64,000 bases of DNA from assembly GCF_009914755.1 (NCBI RefSeq), contig NC_060931.1, one strand, 5' to 3'. Origin of the DNA: the human T2T-CHM13v2.0 reference genome, Homo sapiens. The position numbers and the translations under genes are program-made. The notes beneath the pieces were generated by a model. That model saw only the letters and a list, made by a program, of their open reading frames with translations, ran no database searches and was not told the origin of the DNA. Shown one piece after another: positions 1-15,779 of the stretch (position 1 is the first letter of the stretch; each line of letters opens with the position of its first letter).

Positions 1-203
1 CTTAGAAATTTTTGGGATACACTGAAATTTTTGTTGTGCTGGTAATTATTAACAAAACAATCTGGTTATAAAATAAATTTTTGAAAGCAGTCATTATTCT
101 TTATTCAAAGCTTAAATGATGAGGCAGGAAAAGGAACAAAAAAGGGAAAAATGAGGACTATTTTTAACTTTGTCCTAATTTTTTAAATGTAAGATGACTA
201 TGA

Positions 204-503
<300 letters not shown>

Positions 504-566
504 TGGTAAGATGACTAAAGGTCTTAATGAAATAAAAGCAAAGGGATCTTGTCCTGAATATATTTA

Positions 567-641
567 TTAGGTTGGTACAAAAGTAATTGCTTTTTTATTA
601 CTTTTATGGCAAAAAACGCAATTACTTTTGCACCAAACTAA
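567..641. mobile_element. Made1 (Hsmar1-derived mariner MITE)
   Basis: ttaggttggtacaaaagtaattgc...gcaattacttttgcaccaaactaa imperfect inverted repeats, ~75 bp, preceded by TA. Confidence 0.85.
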
Positions 642-745
642 TGCTTTTCTATTTCAATTTCAGTCTTGAGCACAGCATCCCCTTCAAATGTAACTGGAAA
701 AATGAAATGACACCGACATGATATATAACAATTTGGACTGCGAAA

Positions 746-1037
746 TTTATTTTTGAGTCAAGGTCTTGCTCTGTTGCCCAGGCTGGAGTGCCATGGCATG
801 AACACAGCTGATTGCAGCCTCTACCTCCTGGGCTCAAGTGATCCTCCCACCTCAGCCTCCCAAGCAGCTGGGACCACAGGTGTGCACCACCATGCCCAGC
901 TAATCTTTAAAGTTTTTGTAGAGACAGGGTTTCCCTAGGTTGCCCAGGCTGGTCTCAAACTCCTGGGTCCAAGCGATCCTCTCACCTCAGCCTCCCAAAG
1001 TACTGAGATTACAGGTGTAAGCCACTATGCCTGGCCA
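746..1037 (-). mobile_element. Alu (AluJ-like)
   Basis: Reverse-complement Alu consensus. Confidence 0.88.
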
Positions 1038-1809
1038 GACTGTGACATGTAAATAGATGAAATTGACAAATCAAGGCTAGCAGTACATTAAAGACTTTTA
1101 ACTAATACTTTTAAAGTATATCTCCAGTGGGCTTTTTGGATATATTATTTTGTACTCATTTAAAAAACATTTATTAAATGTATCTTGTATGCTAACACTG
1201 TGCCAACTACCCAAGGATAAAAAATTATACTTTTATAGTAGCTATCCTTTACCGAGAGCTAACAATGTCAAGTAAATTCTTTGCAAGGATTTTCTCAGTC
1301 AATTCTCATAGGAGAGGTAATTTTATTATTCTCAATACACAAATGAGGAGACAAAGACTTTTCAAAGAGTTTTGCTTTCAAAGAGTTCACCACCTCGAGA
1401 GATGAGAACAAGCATAAACTTAATAGAAGGTGCCAAATGCTACAATAGAGAGTGCAGAAGGATTGCCTTTAGGGGTGGCAATGAGGGAAGGCCTTCCAGA
1501 GGACAAGATGCTTGTCCTGAATTTGACAGGGGTAGGTGTTTGCAGAGTGGAGAAAAAGAGTGGAAATTATTGCTACCACATGCAAAGGCACTAAAATCTG
1601 AAATGATTTGAGCATTAATGAAAACTTTTCCATCAGTCTTTGAGTTATTCATTATGTAACACACATTTTGGGCAATGAAGGATCATCTGCTTGAGTTATT
1701 GCTGGGGGCCTGTAGTGCTGTCAGGTCTTGTTAGGATCAGTATATTGGTTAGAACTTCATGTCCTAGGCTCGGGCCTTACCTTTGCAGGTCAGTCAGGCA
1801 GATTCCATA

Positions 1810-2070
1810 CCGAATAGCACAGAGGTTAGGAAAATAGATTCTGTGCCAAACTGCCTGAGTTTAAATCTCAGCTCTGTCATTAATTACCAGTGAATGTGAC
1901 TTTTAAAAAATTACCTAACATTTTTATGATTTAGTATCTTCATTCACAAAATGAGAACAGCAACAGAATCTAATTTATCATAAGACTATTACAAGAATAA
2001 AAGGAGTCAATATAGATAAAGCTCTGAGAACAGAGCCTGGTACCTAGGAAACTCTACATAAGTGTTAGTT
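1810..2070 (+). mobile_element. MIR
   Basis: MIR-core-like text (ctgcctgagtttaaatctcagctctg...agaacagagcctggtacctagg). Confidence 0.55.
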
Positions 2071-2612
2071 ACTAGTATTACTTGAGACTGGTATTTAAAC
2101 AGAAAGCTATTTTGTTCATTCAGAATAAACTTTGTTCCTTTCTAATGATGCCCCAGTCTCCTAGCATAGTACTTTTTAAATGTTAAGATACCTAAGATAA
2201 ATTTTGATTCAGAAAGTTGTTTGGAGGAAATAGGCACAGAGTATTTATTCCAAGCTCTGGTAAAGGCCAGTGAGATATTCCTACACCATAATAAAGACAT
2301 ATTCACTATTGATTAGGTTACTTCTGTCTCCCACAATCATTATCTTACTCCTGAGTTTCTTCCTGCCCATGTACAGCTTACAGCTAGTGGTTCAGGGTGG
2401 GGAGAAGATAGAATCGGGAAAGAATCCCAGAAGTGCTAGACATTAAGCTAAGATCTTTTTGATAATATACTCAGGGTGACCTGTTTGAAGAACTACTATG
2501 CTCTACTCCACTAACTCCCTTGGGTAGAATGTGACTTGGGTTCCTAAGCTGTGGAAGGACTTTGGAATAGTCAAGGAACTCTAAGAATTGCTAAATGTCC
2601 CTGATAGACTAG

Positions 2613-2990
<378 letters not shown>

Positions 2991-4539
2991 TAAGTAGAGG
3001 TGGCTCAGGAACTTTACCTTGTGGGTCTCAAAAACATGTTTTTTTAGGTTTGGCTTGGAGATGATGCTTCCATAAACCATCAGAGATTCATGACACGTTG
3101 GGTTGAAAAGACTGTAGTGGGATAGAGTTTATGTGACCAATAACCGTGTCAGCCTTAAGTCCTCCAAGACACTGGCCATAAATGCTGGAACAAGTGAAGG
3201 CAATATATAATCCAAATAATAGCACAATGTGTTCACACTGATCAAGCCTTGTCTGGAAGTTTTTCTACTTGATTCTTTCTGGAATGAAGGTAAGTTTATA
3301 GGCACACTGGAGCTCTTATTTAGTAAAGACCCTCCTGTTCCAGGGAGCTGGTTCAGAAGGCCAGAGATCAGTGGCATCCAATAACTCACGGATGGACCAG
3401 TTTGAGACTTCTACTGTGGCCATAGACACAAAGTTTATCTTCTTTTATTCTCATGAAGAACTGCTGGGGCTATCTCTGGGATCTCGAAGGACTTTTTATC
3501 TGCTGTCTAGAGGGGAGAGATGAGTCATACAAAGTAAAGTGCCAAGTTCTAAAAAAGAGAGTTTAGAGAAAAAATTGTTGTTGGGAAGTGGGAATCAAGG
3601 AAGGTCTCAAAGAAGACAAGTTGCTTGTACTGAATTTTAAAGTTGAGGAGGAGCTTGCATAGTGGACAAGGGAGCAGAAAGACGAGTGTTGCAGGAATAC
3701 AGCCTGCATAACCAAAGATTCAGAAATCTGAAATCATCTGAATCTTAGTCAAAACATTTCACATTATACTCTTAGCAATTTCAATATGTTTTGAAAGGGC
3801 CTAATACTGCAGGGCTGGGAAAGAAAGTTATTCTCTTTCCAGAAAAGGGGAAGTTTGAGCTGAGTGTTGAGGACAGGAGTTTGATAAATAGAATGTGATG
3901 GAGGAGGGCTGATGCTGCATCCACCATTCTGTGATAATGAAGGAAAGGCTGAGGACACTGCAGTGATGTCAGCAATGACGTCTTCCAGCTACTGAACCGG
4001 CTACATTTTGTTTAGGACACTTAAGTTGAGTTTTCTGTTATTTTTATAAAATGAATTCCTAGCTATGGAGAATTCAGTATGATAAGTGGAGCGCTAAAGG
4101 TAAGAGACTCTGAAATATGAAACTGGCTGACTAGAGGGGTTACGATCACAGGGTTTGAGGATCTACAACTTTTATAGGCTAGTGGTAACAGTGGAAAAAT
4201 TGGTCAAATTATTATCTACTGTATCTTGGGACCAAGACTATGTAGTAACAGCACGGCTATAGTTTTAGGGAAAATGTTTGGAAAAATCTCAGGTTTTCAA
4301 TGTGTGTTACCTATTACTTGCGGTTGAAGAGATAGGAAAAGATACATAATCAAAATAAAGTTGGGGGTCATTTTATTAATATAAAGTAACATAGACTTCA
4401 AAACAAAAAAAATTACCAGAAAGTTTTATTTCTTGTTGATATACAGCTTAATGCACCAAGAAAATGTAGCATTTTAACAATTCTAAACTTAACACTGTCT
4501 AATACAAGTTTTGAATACTTGTATTTAAATACAAGTTTA

Positions 4540-4839
4540 CTTATTTATTTATTTTTTGAAATGGAGACTCATTCTATTCCCTAGGCTAGAGTGCAGTGAT
4601 GTGATCTCAACTAACTGCAATGTCTGCCTCCTGGGTTCAAGCAATTCTCGTGCCTCAGCCTTCTGAGTAGCTGGGATTACAGGCACCTGCCACCATGCCT
4701 GGCTAATTTTTGTATTTTTAGTACAGAATGTGTTTTGCCACAGTGGCCAGGCTGGTCTCGAACTCCTGACTTCAAATGATCCACCCGCCTCGGCCTCCCA
4801 AAGTGCTGGGATTATAGGCGTGAGACACCATGCCTGGCC
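4540..4839 (-). mobile_element. Alu
   Basis: Reverse Alu; aaatacaagttta repeated on both sides (TSD). Confidence 0.9.
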
Positions 4840-4974
4840 AAATACAAGTTTAGTCTTCAAAATATATAAAGCAAAAACTGAAGGAAGTAACTAGATGAAA
4901 AGAGAAATTAGAGGACATATGGATTGGGCTGGCAACAACTCATCTCAGTGACCAATCTTTTAAAAAATTATTTA

Positions 4975-5281
4975 ATTATTTATTATTTTAGAGACAGGGT
5001 CTTATTCTGTCACCCAAGCTGGAGTGAAGTGGTGCTACCATAGCTCACTGCAACCTAGAACTCCTGGGCTTAAGTGATCCTCCTGCCTCAGCCTCCTGAG
5101 TAGCTAGGACTACAGGCAAGTACCTCCATGCTAGGCTAATGTAAAAATTTTTTTGTAGAGGTAGGGTGTTGTAATGTTGCCCAGGCTGGTCTTGAACTCC
5201 TGGCCTCAAGTCTCAAGTGATCCTCTTGCTTTGGCTTCGCAAACCGCTGCGATTGCAGGCATGAGCCACTGTGCCTGGCCT
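4975..5281 (-). mobile_element. Alu (AluJ-like)
   Basis: Reverse Alu consensus. Confidence 0.85.
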
Positions 5282-5289
5282 AAAATTTT

Positions 5290-7580
5290 TTTTAATTGAT
5301 ACGTATTAATTGTACATATTTATGAGGTACATGTGATATTTCGAGGCATACATACAGGTGTATTGGTCAAATAAGGTTATTTAGGATATCCATCAACTCA
5401 AACATTTATAATTTCTTTGTGTTGGGAAGATTTCAAATCTTCCCTTCCAGCTATTTCAAAATATACAATAAATTACTGTCAAGTAAAGTTACCCTACCAT
5501 GTTACTGAACACTAGAACTTACTCCTTCTGTCTAATTGTATTTTTGTACCCATTAACCAACTTTTCTTTCTCCCGACCCTCTTCTTCCCAGCCTCTGGTA
5601 ACCATCATTCTACTCTCTACCTCTATGAGATCAACTTTTTTAGCTTTCACATATGAGACAGAACATTTGATATTTCTCTTTCTGTGCCTGGCTTATTTCA
5701 CATAAAATAGTGACCTACAGTTCCATCATGTTGCTGCAAATGACAGGATTTCATTTTTTTTTACAGCTGAACAATATTGTGTACATATACCATATTTTTC
5801 TTTATTCATTTGTCTATTGATGAACATTTAGGTTGATTTCAAATCTTGGCTATTGTGAATAATGCTACAATAAACATGCAAGTATAGGTATCATTTTGAT
5901 ATAGTGATTTCTTTTCCTTTGGATAAATACCCAGTAAAGGGATTGCTGGATCCTACGGTAGTTCTATTTTTAGTTTTTTGAGACACCTTCATATTGTTTT
6001 GCATAATGACTGTACTAATGTACATTCCCACCAACAGTGTATAAGAGTTCCTCTGTTCTCTGCATCCTTGCCAGCATTTGTTATTTTTAGTCTTTTTAAT
6101 GATAGCCAGTCTAACAGGGGTAAGATGGTATGCCATGGTTTACATTTTGTCATATACCTCTTGGCCACTTGTATGTCTTCTTTTGAGAAATGTCTATTCA
6201 TGTCTTTTGTCTCCCCACTTTTCAATGGGATTATGTGGATTTTTATTGTTGGGTTGAGTTCCTTGTATTTTCTGTATATTGGATGAATAGTTTGCAAATA
6301 TTTTCCCTCATTCTACAGGCTGTCTCTTCAATTTGTTGATTGTTTCCTTGGCAGTGCAGAAGCTTTTTAGTTTAGTCCTATTTGTCTATTTTTGGTTTCG
6401 TTGCCTGTGCTTTTGAAGTCTTAGCTATAAAATCTTTGCCTGGACCAATGTCCTGAAGCATTTCCCTATGTTTTCTTCTAGTAGTTTCATAGCTTCAGGT
6501 CTTACTTTAAGTCTTTAATCTACAAGTTCGTTTTTGTATGTGGTGAGCAATAGGAGTCTAATTTCATTCTTCTGCCTATGGTTATACAGTTTTCCCAATA
6601 TATCATTTGTTGAAGACACTGTCCTTTATCCAATGTATATTCTTGGCACCTTTGTCAAAAATCAGTTGGCTGTAAATATGTAGGTTTGCTTCTGGGTTCT
6701 CTATTCTCTTCCATTGGTCTATATGCCTGTTTTTATACCAGTACCATGCTGTTTTGGTTACCATAGCTTTGTAGTACGTTTTGAAGTCAGGTAGTGTGAT
6801 GCTTCCACCTTTGTTCTTTTTATTCAGTATTGCTTTGGCTATTCAGGGTTTTTTGTGGGCCCACATAAATTTTAGGATTGTTTTTCTATTTACATAAAGA
6901 ATGTCATTGGCATTTTGACAGATATTGCATTGACTCTGTAGATTGCTTTGGGTAGTGTGGTCATTTTAACAATATTAATTAATCCATTAACATGGGATGT
7001 CTTTCCATTTGTTTGTGTTCTCTTCAATGTTTTTTGTCAGTGTTTTGTAGCTTTCCTCAGGGAATTCTTTCTCCTCCTTGGTTAAATTTATTACTAGGTA
7101 TTTAATGTGTTTTTGGTAGCTATTGTAAATGAGATTGCTTTCTTGATTTCTTTTTCAGCTAGTTCATTATTGGTGTATAGAAACTTTATTTGTTTTTGTA
7201 TGTTGATTTTGTATACTGCAACTTTACTGAATTTGTTTATCAGTTCTAACAGTTTTTATGATGGAGTCTAGGTTTTTCCCTATATAAGATCATGTCCTTT
7301 GCACAGAAGGACAATTTGACTTCCTTTATTTCCAATTTGAGTACCTTTTGTTTATTTCTCTTGTCTGATTGCTCTGGCTAGGACTTTCAGCACTATGTTG
7401 AATAAGAGTGGTGTAAGTGGGCATCCATGTCTTGTTCCAGTTCCTAGATGAAAGGCTGTCTGTCATCTTTTCCCCATTTAGTATGATGTTAGCTGTGGGT
7501 TTTTCATAAACACTCTTTATTAAGTTCAGGTATGTTCCTTCTGTGCCTAATTTGTTGAAAGTTTTTATCACCAAGGGATA
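5290..7580 (-). mobile_element. Old L1 (L1M-type) 3' portion, ORF2 remnant + 3'UTR
   Basis: Minus-strand ORF fragments resemble L1 ORF2 ([20 protein letters not shown]; KLGTEGTYLNLIKSVYEKPTANIILNGEK). Confidence 0.85.
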
Positions 7581-7666
7581 ACTGTAAGTCCAATCAAACC
7601 TCTTTCTTTTGTAAATTGCTCAGTCTCGGGTATGTCTTTATCGGCAGCATGAAAATGGACTAATAC
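7581..7666 (+). mobile_element. THE1 (MaLR) LTR 3' fragment
   Basis: aactgtaagtccaatcaaacctctttc...cagtctcgggtatgtctttat...ggactaataca resembles the THE1 LTR end. Confidence 0.7.
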
Positions 7667-8216
7667 ACGGCCCTTATGGGAATTTGCAGCCCCAATTCAT
7701 TTCACCTGGGCTGTTCACAAAATTTCAATTTATGAATTCAGGACATAGCACTATCAATAAAGTGCTCTTCTGAGAAGACCTGCTCCTGACTCTAAATACC
7801 TACTCAAGTCTCAAGACTGATGTACAAATTTACAGGAAATACAGGGGATAAAGAACATAGTAAGTGATGTCTTTCTGTAAACAACCAAATTCAGAAAGAT
7901 ATTCTACAGGAAAAGTGATCCAAATTCTTCAACAAATTAATGGCACAAAAAATTGGGATAGGAGAAAGGGAACTGTCTAAAATTACAAAAGACTCGTAAT
8001 ATATTAAACGCATATAAACCAAAGGTAGTATAGGCCTTGGTTGAATTCTAATTAGTATAAAATTAGATGACACTAATTATCATCTAATAAATTAGGTTTA
8101 TTAGATGATATCTAATAGATGATATCTAGGCTGGGTATTCTTAGATGATATCAAGGAATTATTGTTTAATTTGTTAGGTGTGATAATGGCATTGTGGATT
8201 TTAAAACAAGTTATTG

Positions 8217-8536
<320 letters not shown>

Positions 8537-8854
8537 TTATCTGTTGGAGATACATACTGAATAATTATCTTTCTTGTCTTGTAGCTATCAACTGTCAAAC
8601 CATTAAGACAATAAGAATCAGGCTGATCAGGATTAAGAATGACTGAGAGAAGATTGCAGAGACTTAGACTTTAAGCTGGGTGCAGTAGCTGGTTGAGATT
8701 TTGGGACTGCCTTACTTAGAGGTCTGATGAATGCCTTTAGTGTGCAATGCCTGCATGGGAAGAAGGGCATGCATGGATATTAATCAGTTTAAGGATAAGC
8801 TGTCACCAACCATGTTTCTTGGTGAACTAAACACATTTTTAACCCAACACACAT

Positions 8855-9274
<420 letters not shown>

Positions 9275-10071
9275 TGAAAATTTTTTTGCAGAGGCCTCTA
9301 GGAAAACTCTTTGATAAAAGAAACAAATGATGTTGGTGGCCCTCCTTTTTCCTTTCTTGAATTTGGGTATGATTTCTGGAGTTGTAACAGCTCTTGCAAC
9401 CATGAGGAAAATGCTCTAAACCAATGTGAGCAACTACCTACCCCCACTCTTCTTTAAAGCAATAAAAAATAAAATTTATGTTTAATTAAGCCACTGTTAG
9501 TTGAATTATTCTGTTATTTTCAGAAGAAAGCATTCTTAACCTATACATCACAGCAAAATGCTGGCAAATCCTATCTCATAAACTTTCATGAGGATTGAAT
9601 AAATAAAATGCCTAACACTTGCCTAGGCAATTTACATGTTCCTCTGTCCACCCTACTTCCTAGATCAATTTAGCTACACATTGGGAGGAAGTTATAGTTT
9701 GATTATACCTTTTTATTAAAGCAGAGGTGAGTACCATATACAGTATTTTAATTTGCAAATCTGTCAGCTTTATGTAAGGTCAGGATAACATTTTCTAGTT
9801 TGTTCCATACTCTTATTCGTCACGCTCAATATTTTTGTTGACTTCTTTGGCCAGAAGAGTTTACTGCTCCAGCATCTTCCTGGAAGAGTCCACAATTGGG
9901 CTAAATCTATTTTAACCATTTCCCTCTAGATTTTTAAATTGTACTTGCCTACACAGACATTCCCCTGCCACTTTTCTGTAAGCCTGCAGAGCCTGGCATT
10001 TTCTTCTATTTTTCTTTGTTAGTTCAGTTGCTGCCTAAAAGCAAGACTAGGCTCTCATAGAGGTAGAATGA

Positions 10072-10436
<365 letters not shown>

Positions 10437-11269
10437 TCAGTTTCCTAAAATATGAATCCGATTTCAGGATCACTCATTTATCTGACTGTCAAGAACGCCT
10501 CTGAACAGGAGGAAGACTTTGGGGAGAGGGTGGGGTTTGTTGAAAGGGTACCGAGAAGGGAGGTGGGTGGTACCCAAACAATTTGTTTACATAATGTTTT
10601 ATAGACCTGAAATATGTAGAACAGTACTTTGAAACTAAAGTACTGTACTGAAGTTTAATTATTTTTCTTATTGTTTGCATATTCTCCCTCCCAGATACTT
10701 TACAGAGGGCGCTAAAGCTGATCCCCTGGGAGCTTCAGAGTTTAATGACTTCGCCTGAAGATTTCCTATTCTTTTCCACAACGTGCTAAGTCAAATTATG
10801 GCCAAATTACCAATCGCATGGTAATTCAGCTTCTAAATATATTTTGCAGAGTGTTTCCAAAAGTTAAAAAACAACAACAAAACTTCACCTAAATTGTTTT
10901 TATTTGCTTCACCTTAAATCAGTTATTCGGTTCCTTTGAAGAACATGTAGCTTTAGCAACCCCCAAAGTGAACCCAGATACCCAGGACTACTGATTGTTA
11001 CATCAGAGTTTTTGAAAACGCCAATACTGGAAACAGGCCGACAGTTAAGGAGAGGCAGGCCTCAAACTAAAGCAGAACCTTCTCAAAACTACTTATATTT
11101 CAAGAGATGGATTAAGCGAAAAGAGCTGTACAAAGAAATAAGCCATTTTCTATGCGCCTGTTATATGCAAGGCACTGCACTCCCTTGTCACTTGTTAATT
11201 TACAAGAAGACTCGCCGGTCCAGGGAAGGGAGAGGGGAATAGGTGCAAGGTTTGTGGAGGGCGGCAAAC

Positions 11270-12350
11270 TGCACTCCATGTGGCGCGAGGCTGCGCTTGC
11301 GGAGATCCGGGTTCTGGTGCCTGGCGCCGGCAGCCAGTAGGGGCGCGCGTCCTGCGCAGTTGCCGCGCGCGGCCTCCTCGGGCTTCAGGCCGGGCCAATC
11401 AGGAGGCGGGCGGGAGGGGGCGCGGTACCGGGAGGGAACGGGGCGGGTCGGGCTTCGAGGTCAGCTGGTCCGCAGGGAAGCCTTTGGCTTCCCCACCGGC
11501 AATGGAGCGGTTGACGTTGCCTCTCGGCGGCGCGGCGGCGGTGGACGAGTACCTGGAGTACCGGAGGTGAGGCTGTGGCTCCGGGCCTGCCCCCCCGCCG
11601 CTCCGAGGGGCCAGGATCCCTGGGCTGGGGGCGCGAGCAGGGGCCCGGCGGGCGTCCGCGGGGGTTCCCGGAATCTGTGCCTGGGCTGTTGGGGGAGGCC
11701 TAGATGAATTCCAGTTTAGTCTTTGCCTAATTAAATATTGTAGGGCCACGCGGTTCTATGCAGTGATGAGTCTTCCAATAACATTTAAGAGGCCCCTCTG
11801 CTCCCTTCCAAGAAGGATGACTAACTCTAGATTGATACAGAGGTCCAGCTGTTTTTTAAATGGCCATTGAAAACAGGCACATCGAGTACTCGGGGCTATA
11901 GAAGTTAGCATACATCAAATTAACCCAGTAATTGAGTCAACCGTGAACTTCTGAACGCGCTCCCCACCCCGAGGTGCTGGTTTTAGGAGAAAGGCACCGA
12001 CTGGTGTTTGGTATTCTGGAGAAACCCCTTCCGAAACTGGAAACGGAGTCGCTCCTTTGGCCTGAGGACGCGGTTCATTGTCCTGGATCCTGACCGAGGC
12101 TGGTGCACCTGCAGCGACGCGCTCTTTTTCCGCTTCCTGGGGTTTTTGATCGTCCGGAATCTGGGCGGATGGGAAGTCCTGGAGAGGACCGCCTGAGGAC
12201 GCGGAGTTGGGGCGGGAGGATGTGTGTGTACAAGCGGAGGGGAGACGCTCCAGGCTCCGCCAGGGAGGCCGGAGCGAGCGACAGGGCCTCCTCTGCGGCA
12301 TCGTGGGTGGCCCAGATGACCCAGAGGTGTGCGCGCAGACGGCCCCCCAG
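11270..12350. promoter_or_regulatory. CpG island / FAM221A promoter with CCAAT (11395-11399) and GC boxes
   Basis: Abrupt GC/CpG enrichment spanning exon 1; gggcggg motifs at ~11408 and ~11441. Confidence 0.85.
11502..11566 (+). CDS. FAM221A: FAM221A coding exon 1 (MERLTLPLGGAAAVDEYLEYR)
   Basis: gcaATGg Kozak; donor AG|gtgagg; phase 2. Confidence 0.93.
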
Positions 12351-12699
12351 CTGACTGTTCTCCCCTGCTCTGACTGCCCTGTTTGTGTAGTTTTGGGTAA
12401 CCCTTAGAACTGCCTGGATATTCTGAGCCAGAAGAATAAGGGCTAGGAGCTTGATGGGGTCAGTTCCCACGCCCGGTTCAGGGTCAGAACAACCACCATC
12501 CCGTCCTCTCCCAGAGCAGAGCCGGCTCCTTTAGCCTCCAGTTCTCCAGAGCTTTTGCCTGGGAGCAAGTTGCTGGAGCTGGTGTTGACTGATAACTTGG
12601 ATATTTAGATATGTGAATTGTGGGCCTCCAGTTGACTCTTGCCTAGCTCCGAACATGTTAGGGCAGACCTATGTATGTAGTTATTTATTTTATTGAGAA

Positions 12700-12989
<290 letters not shown>

Positions 12990-13289
12990 TGGGAAATTAT
13001 TTTTGCAATCGTAAATAACTTGCAACACTTCCCTCTGAAAGAGATTATCAGGTCCTTTACTGACGTCAGAATTTTAGAAAAGTGGGGAAAACAGGACTTG
13101 AGTACCTAGATATGAAAAGGTGGGCTGGGAAGGTGGGGTGGGAAGATGAGTCAAAATATGAGTTTAGAAGGAAACAAACTTTCCTTCCGAAGAGTTTTCC
13201 TGGATTTGCTCTTGCCTAGGTACTTCGGTGGGAGTCGGTTGGGAGGGGAAGCATGCAGCCTTGTTACTCACACTGTGGGAGGCCCTGAC

Positions 13290-14078
<789 letters not shown>

Positions 14079-15028
14079 AACTTAAATACCAATGACATCT
14101 TACTTTTAAAAGATCTTTTAAAGATCCGTATTTATCTTAAGATCTTAATACCTGTTGGTATTCTTGATAGCTACAAGAAAATGAAATGGCCCAAAATTTA
14201 TCTCAGAATTAAATGCCCTTTGTTTCTTTACTATTATGTATCTAGATTGTTTATGTAAAGAAGGCGGTTTTGATTATTTCATAGCTTATAAATTGGTTTT
14301 TCTTTTTTTCTAATGACAAGTACATAGAGCAATGGTTTTTATTTTCTACCGCAGCTAAAGGCTTCAAAGTATGGAAAAAAGCATGTATTGCACAAAAAAG
14401 TATGTAGCATTCCACAAACATCACTTTTTGTGACTTTTCAAGGGGAGTATTTTCAGGGAGAAATGTCTTCAGTTTTGGAAAAACTTCTTTTAGTCGTGCT
14501 TTCTTTTCCTCCAGGGAGGCCAACTCTTAATTTCTTTTCATAGAAATAGTGGGGGCTTAATGTTTTCCCATAATATTTTGGGTTCTTACTTCTGAAATTA
14601 ACCCATGATAAACTTGATTACCTAACACACAGATGTGGTTGGAGCTTGTGCTGAGCCAAGTGTGTATTTAGGTTCCGCATTAGTTTAAACCCCTGGCCAG
14701 GGTTTGGAGACAGGTATGGAAATTAGTCATGTTGGCTTCTGCTTTGATGTTTTTTGTACTCTTTTGGGATACATTTTCAAAGGAGGTAAATGTTAGAATT
14801 TTGAGCAGTTAAGGCTCTACCTTTAATGAGAGGAATGAACATCTTTGCTTCAATATCAAAGGAAAAGCTGAGACGAATATGTGGTAATCCTCTGTTGATA
14901 AACCTGGATCAGTAAAGTTGCATTATGAATTCATTGTCTTTCCTATTTATAACCCTCTTGTATAGGAAGTGGAGGGGAGAAAAGATTTCTTTTCTCACCC
15001 ATCACTAGGTTCATGGCTGAGACACCTA

Positions 15029-15650
15029 TGTTTCTGGATCAAACCGATAGTTGGGCTGCCTATTCTCGTGGCCCAGTAATGTGATTCAGATGAACTGGGA
15101 AAGAAGGGAGATTATTTCTGTAACTGGTTATAGGGAGAAGGCCTGGAAGATATCGCCAGACCAATTCAAAATTACATATGTTTATAAGTATATATATGTT
15201 TATGTGTAAGTGTGCATTTATCTAAAGACATAAATGATTAACTTCTAATCTATAACTAAGATCTGAGTCCTGAAGACCTTCCTCTGGAGCCTCAGTAAAT
15301 TTAGTTAATCTAAATGGGTCCAGGTGCTGGGGTGATTACTCTGGTCTTGTCTCCTGCTGAATCATGGAGGTTTGGGGAGTTCCTTCAGACCCCCAGTAAA
15401 CTTGTTTGTGGAGGTCTGGGGAGTTTCTTCAGACCCCCAGTAAAACTTGTTTAGTCCCAAACGGGTCCTTTAAGAATTCCTTCGTTATGTTGTCATGCTT
15501 CAAGGCCCAGGAAAGGCCTGGGCAAACGCTTGGTGGGCTTTTGTTACATTCCAGCCTTTGTATAAGGACCCTGGTTCTATTAGCTTTTAATATTTAACTT
15601 AACCACTCAGTCAGTGCTGAAACAGTTGTTACAGAGACCCGGCCTGCCAC
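15029..15650 (-). mobile_element. ERV1-class solo LTR, apparently nested in an older LTR-like fragment
   Basis: TG...CA ends; internal ~44-bp tandem repeat (ggagg..ggggagt..cttcagacccccagtaaa) at ~15367-15452; family not assigned. Confidence 0.6.
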
Positions 15651-15779
15651 ATCTGTAAGAAAAGACAGATTTACAAAATAAAAGCTTACAAATTTATTTA
15701 ATATTTGCAGTGGCCTGGTCATAGCTCACCCAGAAAATAAATACTCAAAGCTTAAGAGAAATATATATTTTTGTTGTAG

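Noticed and set aside
10698-10714. ttacagagggcgcta partial CTCF-like motif
   Set aside because: Lacks the conserved 5' CC positions; too weak
11243-12470. Overlapping 96-154 aa Gly/Arg/Pro-rich ORFs on both strands
   Set aside because: Expected from stop-codon scarcity in a CpG island; only 11502-11566 has splice and protein support
14355-14399. Possible 45-nt cryptic exon (ctaccgcag|...aaa|gtatgt) in FAM221A intron 1
   Set aside because: Modest splice sites; this quality of match is common by chance
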